Of a stretch of DNA of 64,000 bases, positions 49,383 through 59,908 are shown piece after piece; positions within the stretch are counted from its first letter, which is position 1; each line of letters begins with the position of its first letter. The translations under genes were made by a program, and so were the position numbers. The notes below the pieces were generated by a model that saw only the letters and a program-made list of their open reading frames with translations, had not been told where the DNA came from and did no database searches. The stretch covers positions 106,137 through 170,136 of the forward strand of contig CAYRKM010000001.1 of assembly GCA_964425075.1 (NCBI GenBank), written 5' to 3'. The stretch is from an uncultured Gammaproteobacteria bacterium (GTDB taxonomy: Bacteria; Patescibacteriota; Microgenomatia; Levybacterales; GWA1-39-11).

Positions 49383-52300
49383 AAAACACTTCCTTCCCTT
49401 ATTAACAATTGCACTAGCATTTGTTGTTGTTTTTATTACAAATGTTTCGTTTGGAAAATTTCTAGTTGGTTGGGACAATTTATTGCCTGAGTTAGACTTC
49501 GGACTCAATATCAAACGCTCTATTTTTTCTGTCTGGGAAGAATACCAAAGCTTTGGACTACTTGCAGGCAATGGCCATGGTGCTAATATTATCCATCAAA
49601 TATTTCTTTACATAACCTCACTAATCATCCCTACAAACTTTCTAAGGCAAATCTATGTTTTCCTTACGCTCTTAGTAGGCACTCTGGGGGCCTATGCCCT
49701 GTGTTATTTTGTCCTAAATTATCATTCAAAAAAAATACCTACGCTTGAATCTAGAAATATACTTGCAAGTATTTCAGCTTCACTTTTCTATTTACTTAAC
49801 CTTGCCACAGTACAGAATTATTTTGTCCCATTCGAGCCTTTTGTAACTCACTTTGCCTTCTTGCCTTGGCTACTTTTTAGTGCCCTTTATTATATTTACA
49901 ATAGGTCGAAAAAAGCCCTGTTATTGCTTATTGGAATAAATATTCTTTCCCTTGGACAAGGACAAGTACCTACAGTATTTATAGTTTATTTTTGTGCCTT
50001 GGCAATGATTCTTCTCTTTACGGGTTTTAGAACTAAACAACTAAAAGCAAACGTAAAAGTACTTCTTTTAACACTAATTATTAATGCTTTTTGGTTACTT
50101 CCCTTTCTCTACTTTGCAATTACAAATTCCTCTATTGCGCTTACTGCAAAAATAAATCAGATGTCGACAGAAACAGTAATCGCTCAAAACAAGGAATTTG
50201 GAAATCTGCTTGACGTTATTCTCCTAAGGGGATTTTGGTTCAATAATCTTGATCCCGATATGTCGGGAAGGTTTAGATTCATGCTTGAACCATTTAGAGA
50301 ACATTTACAAAATCCGTTAGCTGTAGTTACCGGCATATCTCTTTTCAGTGTAATTTTGCTAGGTGTAATTGTAAGCTTTCTAAAGCGAAGTAGATTATCG
50401 GGCGCATTTTTTTTACTTTTCTTAAGTGTTTTTTCATTACTTGCTCTTAATGTATTCCCATTTTCATTCTTTGACAGTGTCTTGCGAAAACTTCCCCTTA
50501 TCAATGAAGTGCTTCGTTTTCCCTTTACAAAATTCTCAATATTGGCTGCCCTTATCTATTCTGTCTTTTTTGCCTTCGGGATACGGTTTTTAATTGCATG
50601 GGTATCATTGTACTCAAAAAAGGCAATATACGCTGTGCCAACAATATTTATCGCTTTGCTTATATTTTTTGTTTGGCCAATTTTTAAAGGAAATCTTATT
50701 TACGAAAATGAAAAGATTGTAATTCCCAATGAGTATCATCAAACCTTTGATTTCTTTAAAAATCAGGACAAAAACACACGCATAGCTACTCTTCCACTCC
50801 AATCATTTTGGGGATGGAATTATTATGAATGGGGATATGGAGGCTCAGGATTTTTGTGGTATGGAATAAAACAACCAATCGTTGACCGAGCATTTGATGT
50901 ATGGTCTAAAAATTCTGAAGGAAGTTATTATGAACTCTCCAATGCTCTCTACTCTAACAACGCATTGGCCTTTGAGAAGACTTTAAATAAATTTGATATC
51001 ACATGGCTAATTTTGGATAAAAATGTTTACTCCCCCTCTTCTCCAAAGTCTTTACGCTTTGAAGAAACAGAAGAACTCTTGAAAAAAGTCCCATCTATAA
51101 AAAAGGCTGCAGAATATGGAAATATTGTAATTTATAAAACCTCAATAAATGATGCTACTAAAAATTACTTGGACTCAAAACCAATTCTTCCAAGTGTAAA
51201 TTCCTACAACTATTCAACAGCGGATCTTCATTATGAAAATTTTGGAGATTATAAATCAAACTCGCAAAATTCATATTTCTATCCTTTCAGAACCCTTTTT
51301 TCAAATAAAAAACAGGTGGACAAAGAATTTGTAGTTTTTAAAAGTGGAAAATCATATATTTTTGAGAGAGAGATTCAAAACATCAAAGAGGACGATGAAC
51401 TTACAATACCAAGCTTGCTTAAGGAAAATATCATACCAGTTGAAATAGTTTCTGAAAAAGGAGCTGATGAGACTGTAATTATCTCAGCTAAGATTCTTAC
51501 TCCTAAGGTCATTATTAATAATAATGTCGTGTACGGCAACACACCCATTTATTTTCCTTTATTTGTAATTCCCAATGGAATTATAGAAGATTTAAGCATA
51601 AGTCTTAATGGAAATATTATTTCAAATATTACATCCCCATCATCTACATTTATTTCAACTCAAAATTCAAATTACTTTGTGCTTGAGAATAAAGCAAAAA
51701 CAATACTTGCATCACAAAGCATTGAGCCTGATTATCTTGCCACTCTACCTGAACTTAGTGAGAAAAAAATAAAAGTTGAAAAAGAAAATATTAAAATTAG
51801 CATCCAAGTTCCTGAAGTATTTGATAATACCAATAGTATTGCTTTTAAACCTAGTCAACTTAATACTACTGAAAAATGTAATCTCTTTAAGCAAGGTTCT
51901 TCAAAAAATATATTAAAAGATGGTTACAAAGAATTAAGCTCTATTAATTCCACATTATGTACGTCAGTATACGCAGGAGAATTAGCTCACAGCCAAGGAT
52001 ATCTGATTGCGGCAAACGTAAAGAACATAAAAGGACGTGGAATCCATTTCTGGGTCTTAAATGAAAATCAGGGCCAAGCACCAATTGATACATATTTTGA
52101 GAAGGAAGACACAAGCATTAACATAATCCTTCCTCCTCAAGAATCATATGCCAAAGGCTATTCTCTTCATTTTGACAACATTTCAATTGGCAATGATGAG
52201 GTAAAAAATCAACTTGGAGATTTTTCAATTTCTGTAATCCCCTATAAGTTTCTGACAAATATTGTAGCCAAAAATGATAATTCTAACTTACCTAATAAGT

Positions 52301-52743
52301 TTACCTTTACTTCAACTCATCCAAATGAAAGCTTATATCGTATATCAGATATAGTTTCACAAAACGCCAATCAAGCAACACTTACATTATCTCAAAGCTA
52401 CGATAAAGGCTGGGCTGCATATGTGGTCAACAGAGACAGCAAGTTTGCTTCATTTCTTCCATTTGTTTTTGGAAAAAAACTTAATGAACATGTAAAGATT
52501 AATAACTGGGCTAACGGATGGGAAGTATCCCCTTCTGAAGTTGAAGGTAAAGATGTAGTTATTGTTTTTCTACCTCAATATCTCCAATATTTTGGGTTCC
52601 TGCTTCTTGGCATATTGCTTTCTATTTTATTGCTTCGTCCTCTTCATCCTGCTTTTGCAAGTATATACAAAACAATCAACAATTACTTTGAGACAAAGTC
52701 TTTACATATGAAACATAAAGTATCAACTCTTCTAACAACCTAA
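49375..52743 (+). CDS. Large GT-C-fold membrane glycosyltransferase-like protein (AftD/YfhO-like)
   Basis: About 12 N-terminal TM segments, LRFPFTKF; C-terminal LSQSYDKGW..INNWANGW. Confidence 0.75.
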   Translation: MNKKHFLPLLTIALAFVVVFITNVSFGKFLVGWDNLLPELDFGLNIKRSIFSVWEEYQSFGLLAGNGHGANIIHQIFLYITSLIIPTNFLRQIYVFLTLLVGTLGAYALCYFVLNYHSKKIPTLESRNILASISASLFYLLNLATVQNYFVPFEPFVTHFAFLPWLLFSALYYIYNRSKKALLLLIGINILSLGQGQVPTVFIVYFCALAMILLFTGFRTKQLKANVKVLLLTLIINAFWLLPFLYFAITNSSIALTAKINQMSTETVIAQNKEFGNLLDVILLRGFWFNNLDPDMSGRFRFMLEPFREHLQNPLAVVTGISLFSVILLGVIVSFLKRSRLSGAFFLLFLSVFSLLALNVFPFSFFDSVLRKLPLINEVLRFPFTKFSILAALIYSVFFAFGIRFLIAWVSLYSKKAIYAVPTIFIALLIFFVWPIFKGNLIYENEKIVIPNEYHQTFDFFKNQDKNTRIATLPLQSFWGWNYYEWGYGGSGFLWYGIKQPIVDRAFDVWSKNSEGSYYELSNALYSNNALAFEKTLNKFDITWLILDKNVYSPSSPKSLRFEETEELLKKVPSIKKAAEYGNIVIYKTSINDATKNYLDSKPILPSVNSYNYSTADLHYENFGDYKSNSQNSYFYPFRTLFSNKKQVDKEFVVFKSGKSYIFEREIQNIKEDDELTIPSLLKENIIPVEIVSEKGADETVIISAKILTPKVIINNNVVYGNTPIYFPLFVIPNGIIEDLSISLNGNIISNITSPSSTFISTQNSNYFVLENKAKTILASQSIEPDYLATLPELSEKKIKVEKENIKISIQVPEVFDNTNSIAFKPSQLNTTEKCNLFKQGSSKNILKDGYKELSSINSTLCTSVYAGELAHSQGYLIAANVKNIKGRGIHFWVLNENQGQAPIDTYFEKEDTSINIILPPQESYAKGYSLHFDNISIGNDEVKNQLGDFSISVIPYKFLTNIVAKNDNSNLPNKFTFTSTHPNESLYRISDIVSQNANQATLTLSQSYDKGWAAYVVNRDSKFASFLPFVFGKKLNEHVKINNWANGWEVSPSEVEGKDVVIVFLPQYLQYFGFLLLGILLSILLLRPLHPAFASIYKTINNYFETKSLHMKHKVSTLLTT

Positions 52744-52779
52744 TTTTTACACAACATCCAAAACACGTATAATGAAATC

Positions 52780-53781
52780 GTGTCTTTAAAACGTATCACC
52801 AAACAACACATCCAAATTGTAATTATTGCCCTTTTAAGCATTCTTATTATTGTTTTGGGGGGAATTTATCTTACTCAAAAAAGAAACTTACCATCAGTAA
52901 AACTTACGGCCGAAGAACTCATTTGGAGTAATAAAATCAAAGAACTGGGTGGAAAGAAAGCCTATCAAGAATTAAGTAAAAAAATAAAAAATCTCAATCC
53001 CATAGATCAGCATCTTCAGGCTCATAATTTTGGAAAAGCACTTTATCAAAGCCTAGGAATTGAAGGTGTTGTTGTGTGTGATTCCAAATTTAGCTATGGC
53101 TGCTATCATGAATTTTTAGGAACTGCAATTTTCCATGAAGGCATCGGTGTAGCAAAAAAACTTAATGAATATTGCAAAAAAGAGGATAAAAACCAAACTT
53201 TAGCCTGTCAACACGGAATTGGACATGGAATTGTAAGTTATTCTGGGTATACATATGAACATCTTCTGAACTCCCTTGATATCTGTAGCACCCTATCAAA
53301 CAGCGATGCAATTGGTGGCTGCCCCGGCGGTGTTTTTATGGAATACAACTTCCAAACTATGCTTGCAGAAAATGGCAAGATACGAATATTTGACGAGAAA
53401 AACCCTTATTACCCTTGCAATATAATTCCTGAAAAATATAAAAAATCCTGCTATTATTGGCAAAATCAGTGGTGGAGAACAGCCCTACCCGGTAGTGAGG
53501 AAGAAAAATTCAAACAAATGGGAATTCTCTGCTCTACTCTTAAAGAAAAGAGAGAATGCTATAAAGGAACTGGAAATATCGTAGCGCAAGCCTCAGATTA
53601 TAATGTCAATAAAAGTATTCTATTGTGTAACAAGCTCAATAGTATGGAAGGTGAATTGTACTGCAGGTCTACAGCAGTAGTTACCTTTCTTTCAATTCCC
53701 CAATATGAAAGTTCTGCCTGGGATATATGTAATTACCCAACAGAAAAACAAACAATATCATGCGTAAGCCTAGTTAGATAA
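52780..53781 (+). CDS. Membrane-anchored Cys/His-rich repeat protein
   Basis: HLQAHNFG, GCYHE, CQHGIGHG and CPGGVFME; TATAAT 6 nt before the GTG. Confidence 0.8.
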   Translation: MSLKRITKQHIQIVIIALLSILIIVLGGIYLTQKRNLPSVKLTAEELIWSNKIKELGGKKAYQELSKKIKNLNPIDQHLQAHNFGKALYQSLGIEGVVVCDSKFSYGCYHEFLGTAIFHEGIGVAKKLNEYCKKEDKNQTLACQHGIGHGIVSYSGYTYEHLLNSLDICSTLSNSDAIGGCPGGVFMEYNFQTMLAENGKIRIFDEKNPYYPCNIIPEKYKKSCYYWQNQWWRTALPGSEEEKFKQMGILCSTLKEKRECYKGTGNIVAQASDYNVNKSILLCNKLNSMEGELYCRSTAVVTFLSIPQYESSAWDICNYPTEKQTISCVSLVR

Positions 53782-53827
53782 ATAACCCACGACCCTTACG
53801 ATCAGGGCTTTCTTGAACAATTGTAAG
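53779..53827 (-). repeat. Short internally deleted copy of the 680-793 element
   Basis: Reverse complement reads CTTACAATTGTTCAAGAAAGCCCTGATCGTAAGGGTCGTGGGTTATTTA. Confidence 0.7.
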
Positions 53828-53994
53828 TATTTAATCCCCACCAAGTTAATACATTTCCCTCATACCCCTCTTACGCTACCTCTCCACACTATAGTTGTCT
53901 TTGAAGTGCACTTTGGACATTAAAATTTCAATAATCGAAAAATAGTGTTTTAAGAAAAAAGTTGTAGACATGGTTATCCACATTTTTTATTTAT

Positions 53995-54019
53995 TTTAAA
54001 AAACGTTGATATATCAATC
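53995..54019. repeat. 25-bp exact repeat with palindromic core, copy 2
   Basis: Identical to 18695-18719. Confidence 0.85.
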
Positions 54020-54163
54020 TATTTTGTTAATCCAAAAACTCTAGGGTTATATAAAACCATATCAGTTTTGTTATAGGTTGAAGATGTTGACAGCATGTGC
54101 TATACTTTTCTTTAACTTGTATTTTGGATGTTTTATAAACATCCTCATATATGGGCATACAAC

Positions 54164-54313
54164 ATGAAACTTTTCTCTTTCACTAAGAAATCACAACAAA
54201 AGAGTCTTCGTAGAAGAAGAATTATCTCCGATTATTATCAAGAATCCATTAACACTTACGGGAAAAAGCAATTGATATCACTCATTGACAGAGGCCTTAA
54301 CCCTCAGTGGTAA
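54164..54313 (+). CDS. Small basic hypothetical protein
   Basis: 49 aa; upstream TTGAAG-17-TATACT promoter candidate. Confidence 0.45.
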   Translation: MKLFSFTKKSQQKSLRRRRIISDYYQESINTYGKKQLISLIDRGLNPQW

Positions 54314-54870
54314 ATAGTACTTACCATAGGGTTGGATCTTTTGAGTTCATGAGGATCTTTTACAAGAAGTTACAGAAAAATTCCTGGCTATGCTAGGAGA
54401 AAGAAAAAGAGCATCGCTTTCGCTACTACAAAGATAAGTTCAAGTACGAAAAGCAATGCTCTTTTAACTGTTAGCTTTTAGTCTTTTAGGCAGGGTAAGA
54501 CTATGCTATAGAACAAAGTAGCAAAAGTAATTTCTCTTGTCAAGAAAACTATGTGAGGCAAATTTTGGCGGTTTGGACTGTCGGATAGGCCTTTTTTTAG
54601 AAAAAAAACTAGATTCTTTGGAAGCTCGTTCTGTCGGTTTGTTTGTAGGTTTTGTTGAGGTAGTAGTGTTGGGCACCATGCCCGCTTTGCCTTTAACCGG
54701 CGGAGTTTGTAAGTTTACTTGGAGGTAGGAGTGTTGGGCAGGCATTCTTACTTCCAATTAAGCATATAAATTTTCGGTGCTTAATTGGAAGGAAGCTCGT
54801 CTTACCTTCAATTAAGAATAGAAGCTTTGGCAGGCGGGGGCATTATTACCTCTATAAAGTTTATAAGCAT

Positions 54871-54986
54871 AGCTTGCGGACTTTGTTCCTAAAGCAAAGC
54901 TTCATTTTCTCGTTCTACTTCAAAAATAGGCAAAGCTTGCGGACTTTGTTCCTAAAGCAAAGCTTGCGAACTTCGTTCTAAAGCAA
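54871..54986. repeat. Intergenic direct repeat cluster
   Basis: AGCTTGCGGACTTTGTTCCTAAAGCAAAGCTT at 54871 and 54934, with a degenerate third copy at 54961. Confidence 0.8.
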
Positions 54987-55017
54987 ATTTTCAGTCATTT
55001 GGGCAGAACCCTAACTA

Positions 55018-56463
55018 TTAATTACTTGGGGGAATTACCTTAACTGTTGAAACGTGACCCTCTTCCATCCAGTTATCTCCGTATAGAAGAATATAATATT
55101 TATCCGCATCAAAATACTTTTCTTCTCGAAGATAGGAAATGGCATTTTGCATATCCTCAAGTCTCACAGGTTGCCCTTTTTTGAAGATTTTCGGTTGCAA
55201 GAGCGGTACTACTCCGTAATTTACGGTTAGACTGTCTCTCACTCTCTCATTTGGTGCAAAAACATAAATTGGAGCTTTTGGACGATATCTAGAAAGTTTC
55301 CTTGCTGTTCTGCCTGTTTCTGTAAATACAACAAAGCCACCGAAGTTAAAGTCTTTTTTCTTGAACTGATTGAAAAGATTGTAGGCAGTATCACAAAGCA
55401 TTTCCTCAGCGTCCACTATGTCAAAGTTGAAAAGTGTTCGTGTATCTTGAGGTAAAACGTGCTTCTCATTGAAAACAATCGTTCGTTTCATTGCCTCAAC
55501 TGCCTCAACAGGATACTGTCCTGCTGCGGACTCTTCGGAAAGCATTACCATATCAGTCATGTCATATGTTGCGTTGGCAATATCTGAAATCTCAGCTCTT
55601 GTTGGATATGGCTTATCAAGCATTGATTGAATCATCTGAGTAGCAGTAATTACGGGAAAACCTCGTTCGAGGCATTTTTTTATCATGATTTTTTGGTAAT
55701 GTGGCACTTGCTCCAAAGGCAGCTCTACTCCAAGGTCACCTCGTGCCACCATAATTCCTTCTGAAACATCAATAATTTCGTCTAAATTATCTATTGCTAG
55801 TTTGGTTTCAATTTTTGAAATAACTCTTGAGGTAAAATTCACTTTTGACATGTATTTCTTTAGATCCAAAACATCCTGAGCAGTCCTAACAAATGAAAGC
55901 GCAACAAAATCAACCTGAGAATCCGATAATCCTCGAATTGCATCTTTATCTCTTTCAGTTATTGCGTCAAGTGGAAAATATACTCCGGGGACATTGAAAG
56001 TTTTTCGGGTTTTAAGAATTCCATTTGAATTTGAAATTAAAACAGCTCCAGAACTTGATGAATTCTTAACTTCAAACTGGAATTTTCCATCATCGACTAC
56101 TATTTTTTGTCCCGACCTAAGATATTCAAGAACTTTATCATTTGTTAAATAAAATCTCTCGCTGTCCTTTTTTACACCAATGTTTATTTCCTGACCCTTG
56201 GTAAGAGTTATGTCTTGCGTTTGAGGCGTAATAAGCCTAATTTCGGGTCCTTGAAGATCAATCAGCGTTCCAATTGCTTTGTCTAATTTAGATGCCACAT
56301 CCTTAACTCTTTGAATTCTTTCCTTGTGCCATGAAAGTTCATTGTGCTTTAGGTTAAAACGAAAAACATCAACTCCGGTCTCTATAAGTTTCTTTATCAT
56401 CTCCTCACTCTCAGAAGATGGGCCAATTGTGGCAATAATCTTTGTATGGTCTGTATGGTGCAT
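55018..56463 (-). CDS. pyk: Pyruvate kinase
   Basis: TKIIATIGP, DLQGPEIR, SKIE, MVARGDLGVE, ATQM and PTRAE. Confidence 0.97.
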   Translation of the reverse strand: MHHTDHTKIIATIGPSSESEEMIKKLIETGVDVFRFNLKHNELSWHKERIQRVKDVASKLDKAIGTLIDLQGPEIRLITPQTQDITLTKGQEINIGVKKDSERFYLTNDKVLEYLRSGQKIVVDDGKFQFEVKNSSSSGAVLISNSNGILKTRKTFNVPGVYFPLDAITERDKDAIRGLSDSQVDFVALSFVRTAQDVLDLKKYMSKVNFTSRVISKIETKLAIDNLDEIIDVSEGIMVARGDLGVELPLEQVPHYQKIMIKKCLERGFPVITATQMIQSMLDKPYPTRAEISDIANATYDMTDMVMLSEESAAGQYPVEAVEAMKRTIVFNEKHVLPQDTRTLFNFDIVDAEEMLCDTAYNLFNQFKKKDFNFGGFVVFTETGRTARKLSRYRPKAPIYVFAPNERVRDSLTVNYGVVPLLQPKIFKKGQPVRLEDMQNAISYLREEKYFDADKYYILLYGDNWMEEGHVSTVKVIPPSN

Positions 56464-56540
56464 AAACAAAAAAAACCGGTACCAAAATGATACCGCCAAG
56501 TGAATATTTTACTATAAATGAAGCTATTTGTGAAGAGGAA

Positions 56541-57335
56541 TTAATTTACTACTTTTCCAAAAAAGATACGGCCAACGTCGGTTTGAATAACTCGCGAAAC
56601 AAGAACCTTCACGGTTCTACCGATTAGAACTTCCCCATCCTCTACCACAATCATTGTTCCGTCGGGCAAATAACCTACCCCTTGATTCTCCCCTTTCCCC
56701 TTCTGAACCACCTTTATAAAAAACACCTCACCTGGAAGCGCTGTAGTTTTTAGCACATTGGCCACCTCATACATATCAATTGCAGTGACTTTTGAAATTT
56801 GGGCTTTTTTTGCGAGATTGAAGTCGCAAGTTATAATTTTTCCCTTATTTTTCTTAGCTGATGCAATTATCCTCTCGTCCACTGGTTTTTTAATGGAGGA
56901 ATCATCATATGTTTCAAACTTTATCCCTTTTTCGCGTCGCAATGTCTCTAGCTGAGTAAGCCCCTTTCGTCCACGTTCCTTCTTAATCTCATCTTTGGAA
57001 TCAGCTATGTGCTTTAGCTCATCCAAAACACCTTCAATTGCAATAAATGTTCCCGTAAATATTCCAAGTTTTATTAGCTCAAACACACGGCCGTCAATAA
57101 TTGCCGAGGTATCCAAAAATAATGGGTTTTCAAGCTTTTGAGCTGGCTTAGATTTTTTTCTTCCAGTACCCCTTCTCAATTGCTTAGTTACCATACTGGC
57201 AACTTCTTCTGCTATTTGGCTTACTACCCTTTGCGGAAGCCTTATTTGCTCAAGAAGTCTTCTTGCTTCATGTTCTGGATGTGATCTAACAACAGTTAGG
57301 GCAGGTTGTTTTTTTTCTGTGGATTTTTTTGCCAT
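56541..57335 (-). CDS. PIN/TRAM domain protein (YacL-like)
   Basis: LDTSAIIDGR, RGRKGL and QGVGYLPDGTMIVVE; downstream of radA. Confidence 0.92.
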   Translation of the reverse strand: MAKKSTEKKQPALTVVRSHPEHEARRLLEQIRLPQRVVSQIAEEVASMVTKQLRRGTGRKKSKPAQKLENPLFLDTSAIIDGRVFELIKLGIFTGTFIAIEGVLDELKHIADSKDEIKKERGRKGLTQLETLRREKGIKFETYDDSSIKKPVDERIIASAKKNKGKIITCDFNLAKKAQISKVTAIDMYEVANVLKTTALPGEVFFIKVVQKGKGENQGVGYLPDGTMIVVEDGEVLIGRTVKVLVSRVIQTDVGRIFFGKVVN

Positions 57336-57342
57336 AATTTGT

Positions 57343-58692
57343 TTATCGCTTATTCAATAATCGTAATGCCTCTTTTAGATATGGAGCATTTTTTGCTGAA
57401 AGTAGGTTTGTATATCCTAGTTTTTTGGCTTCTTTGAGGCGTTTTTCAAGGTTTATGACAGTTTTTGTTTCACCCAAGAGGCCAACTTCAGCAATTGCAA
57501 CAGCAGAATTTAATGGAATATCCCTAATGCTTGATGCGACAGCAAGACATACTGCCAAGTCCGATGCTGTTTCTGTAATTTTCAATCCGCCTACAATATT
57601 TACAAAAATATCGTATTTATCTACAGGTATTGTACCATGGCGCTTCAGGACTGCCAAGAGAAGCTCCATTCTTTTCTCTACAATCCCAGACGAAACGCGT
57701 CTTGGAAACGCAAGAGTGGATGGAACTGATAAAGCTTGAACCTCAACCAAAAGAGGACGGGAACCCTCCATAACAACAGTCACACATGAACCGGGAACAT
57801 TTTTCCCACTGTTTCCCAAGAAAAAGTCTTTAACATTGGATATTTCAACCAACCCCTTTTCCTGCATTATAAAAATTCCAACTTCATTAGTATCCCCAAA
57901 CCTATTCTTAAGAGAACGTAGAATTCTTGTCCCAGTAAGTGCCTCCCCTTCAAGATATAATACGCAATCAACCATATGAGCCAACAGCTGAGGACCCGCA
58001 ACCGAACCCTCTTTCGTAACGTGCCCAATGAAGAAAACCGGAACATTATTTCCTTTTGCAAAATTTACCAACTTCATCGTGGAGTATCTTATTTGAGGAA
58101 GAGAACCTGCAAACCCTGTTGCGTCATTTGACGCCATTGTTTGTATCGAATCAATTATTAAAAGATCAACTTTCTCCTTCTCAGCAACTTGCACAGCCTG
58201 ATCAATATCTGTACTTGAAAATACAATTAATTCAGACTGGGAAAGTATTTTTTCACTTACAATTCTCTCAGCCCTTATCTTAATTTGGGATTCACTTTCC
58301 TCTCCTGAAACATAAAGCACTTTTTTCTTTTTCAAAGAAATCGCAAGTCCTATCTGAAGACATATGGTGGACTTTCCAATTCCGGGGTCGCCTGATATTA
58401 AAATTACTTCTCCAGGAACTATACCCTGATACCCCTCTTCCCCACCAAGAACTCTATCAAATTCTACAATTGTTGTTGAGTAACGCTGTAAAGAAGCACT
58501 CTTTACCTGGCCAATTTTTTTTATTTGAGTAGGTAATTCAGTCTGTGAAGTACTGCCTCCAAAGCCTTTTTTAGGCTTATCAGGGATTATCATCTCCTGA
58601 AATGTATTCCAATTTTGACACTCAGGACATAATCCCATCCATTTTGCAGATTCATTTCCACAGTTATTACATACGAATATTTTCTTTGACAT
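57343..58692 (-). CDS. radA: DNA repair protein RadA/Sms
   Basis: C4 zinc finger, GDPGIGKST and KNRFG; start set at MSKKIFVC. Confidence 0.97.
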   Translation of the reverse strand: MSKKIFVCNNCGNESAKWMGLCPECQNWNTFQEMIIPDKPKKGFGGSTSQTELPTQIKKIGQVKSASLQRYSTTIVEFDRVLGGEEGYQGIVPGEVILISGDPGIGKSTICLQIGLAISLKKKKVLYVSGEESESQIKIRAERIVSEKILSQSELIVFSSTDIDQAVQVAEKEKVDLLIIDSIQTMASNDATGFAGSLPQIRYSTMKLVNFAKGNNVPVFFIGHVTKEGSVAGPQLLAHMVDCVLYLEGEALTGTRILRSLKNRFGDTNEVGIFIMQEKGLVEISNVKDFFLGNSGKNVPGSCVTVVMEGSRPLLVEVQALSVPSTLAFPRRVSSGIVEKRMELLLAVLKRHGTIPVDKYDIFVNIVGGLKITETASDLAVCLAVASSIRDIPLNSAVAIAEVGLLGETKTVINLEKRLKEAKKLGYTNLLSAKNAPYLKEALRLLNKR

Positions 58693-58752
58693 CTCGGATT
58701 TCACTGTACCATTGAAAGGGCTAAAATTCAATGAACTTGGAAGAATTTATGG

Positions 58753-59817
58753 CTATCGGTAGCCGATGAATTTACTTTTTAGAACTGGGGAAACATTTAT
58801 GAGTCGTTTTCTTGAATCAAAATCAACAACTTCAACCTCAACTGAATCATCAACTGCATAAGTTGTTCCTGTTGGGATTTTTGAAGAATTAATAAATGCC
58901 ATTACACCGGGCTCAATTTCTAGGGTAATTCCTCTAGTCTTTACGTCTTTAACGACTGCTTTTACAACTTGCTCTGCTTTGTATTTCTCTTTTACCTCAT
59001 CGAATGTATCTTTTTCAAGGCGCTTCAATGAAACATTTACTCTCTTGTTTTCTCTATCAATATCAATAATCTCAGCTTCCAAAGTCTGACCAATTGAGAA
59101 TTTACCTTCAAGTCCCTCTACTCTTTGATGAGAAACTTCTGAGATATGAATAAATGCCTCAGCAAGTTTTCCTTTTTCAAGCTCAATTTCTCCGTACATT
59201 CCATATGAAGTTACAAATTTCACAGTAACTTTTACTTTGGCATTTTTCTTTGCCAGTTTTTCAAGTTCTGAAACATTCATTACATATTTCGTAGCTTTTT
59301 GGGAAATTATTACCCTCTTTTTCTCCCTGTCATACTCAATAACTTTTACCTCAATTGTGTCTCCAATATTTGGTTTGTCATTTAATAGTTGTGAGTTTGG
59401 TAAAAATCCCTTAATTCCCTCAGCGGTTTGAATGAAATATCCACCTCGAGTGGACTCTACGATTTGTGCTCTGAAGGTTTCGTTCCCCTCATAAAATTTA
59501 TCAAGTGAGGTATATACCTTGTCTTCAAGCATTCTTCGCAATGAAACTACAGGAAAACCATCTTCACTTTCAGGGGAAATTACGCTTGCAGTTACACTAT
59601 CTCCTACTTTTAGAATACTTAAAAGATTCTCAAGATTTTGCTTGTCATACTCAATTACTAAAGCGTCGGACTTATATCCAATGTCAAGTAAAATTTCTTG
59701 AGGTGTGAGTTTTTTGACCGTGCCTTTTACTGCCTGGCCCTTTTTCAATGACTCAAACTGAGTTGATTGGCGAGCCATTAGCTCGGCCATGCTAGTTGCT
59801 TTCGATGCGGTTGGCAC
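58753..59817 (-). CDS. rpsA: 30S ribosomal protein S1 (four S1 domains)
   Basis: Repeated S1 motifs GFLPNSQL and AFIHISEVS. Confidence 0.85.
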   Translation of the reverse strand: MPTASKATSMAELMARQSTQFESLKKGQAVKGTVKKLTPQEILLDIGYKSDALVIEYDKQNLENLLSILKVGDSVTASVISPESEDGFPVVSLRRMLEDKVYTSLDKFYEGNETFRAQIVESTRGGYFIQTAEGIKGFLPNSQLLNDKPNIGDTIEVKVIEYDREKKRVIISQKATKYVMNVSELEKLAKKNAKVKVTVKFVTSYGMYGEIELEKGKLAEAFIHISEVSHQRVEGLEGKFSIGQTLEAEIIDIDRENKRVNVSLKRLEKDTFDEVKEKYKAEQVVKAVVKDVKTRGITLEIEPGVMAFINSSKIPTGTTYAVDDSVEVEVVDFDSRKRLINVSPVLKSKFIGYR

Positions 59818-59908
59818 AATTATTAGATCCTTTCATAGTAGATTGATCAATTTTACCAAATTTTAGGCTAACTTGCAAAGTGAGAGTACATATGAGTAGA
59901 ATTAAGGA

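Noticed and set aside
53930-54120. Replication origin
   Set aside because: A single perfect DnaA box with no box cluster and no dnaA/dnaN nearby.
54871-54986. CRISPR array
   Set aside because: Only two exact repeats, the third abuts the second without a spacer, and there are no cas genes.
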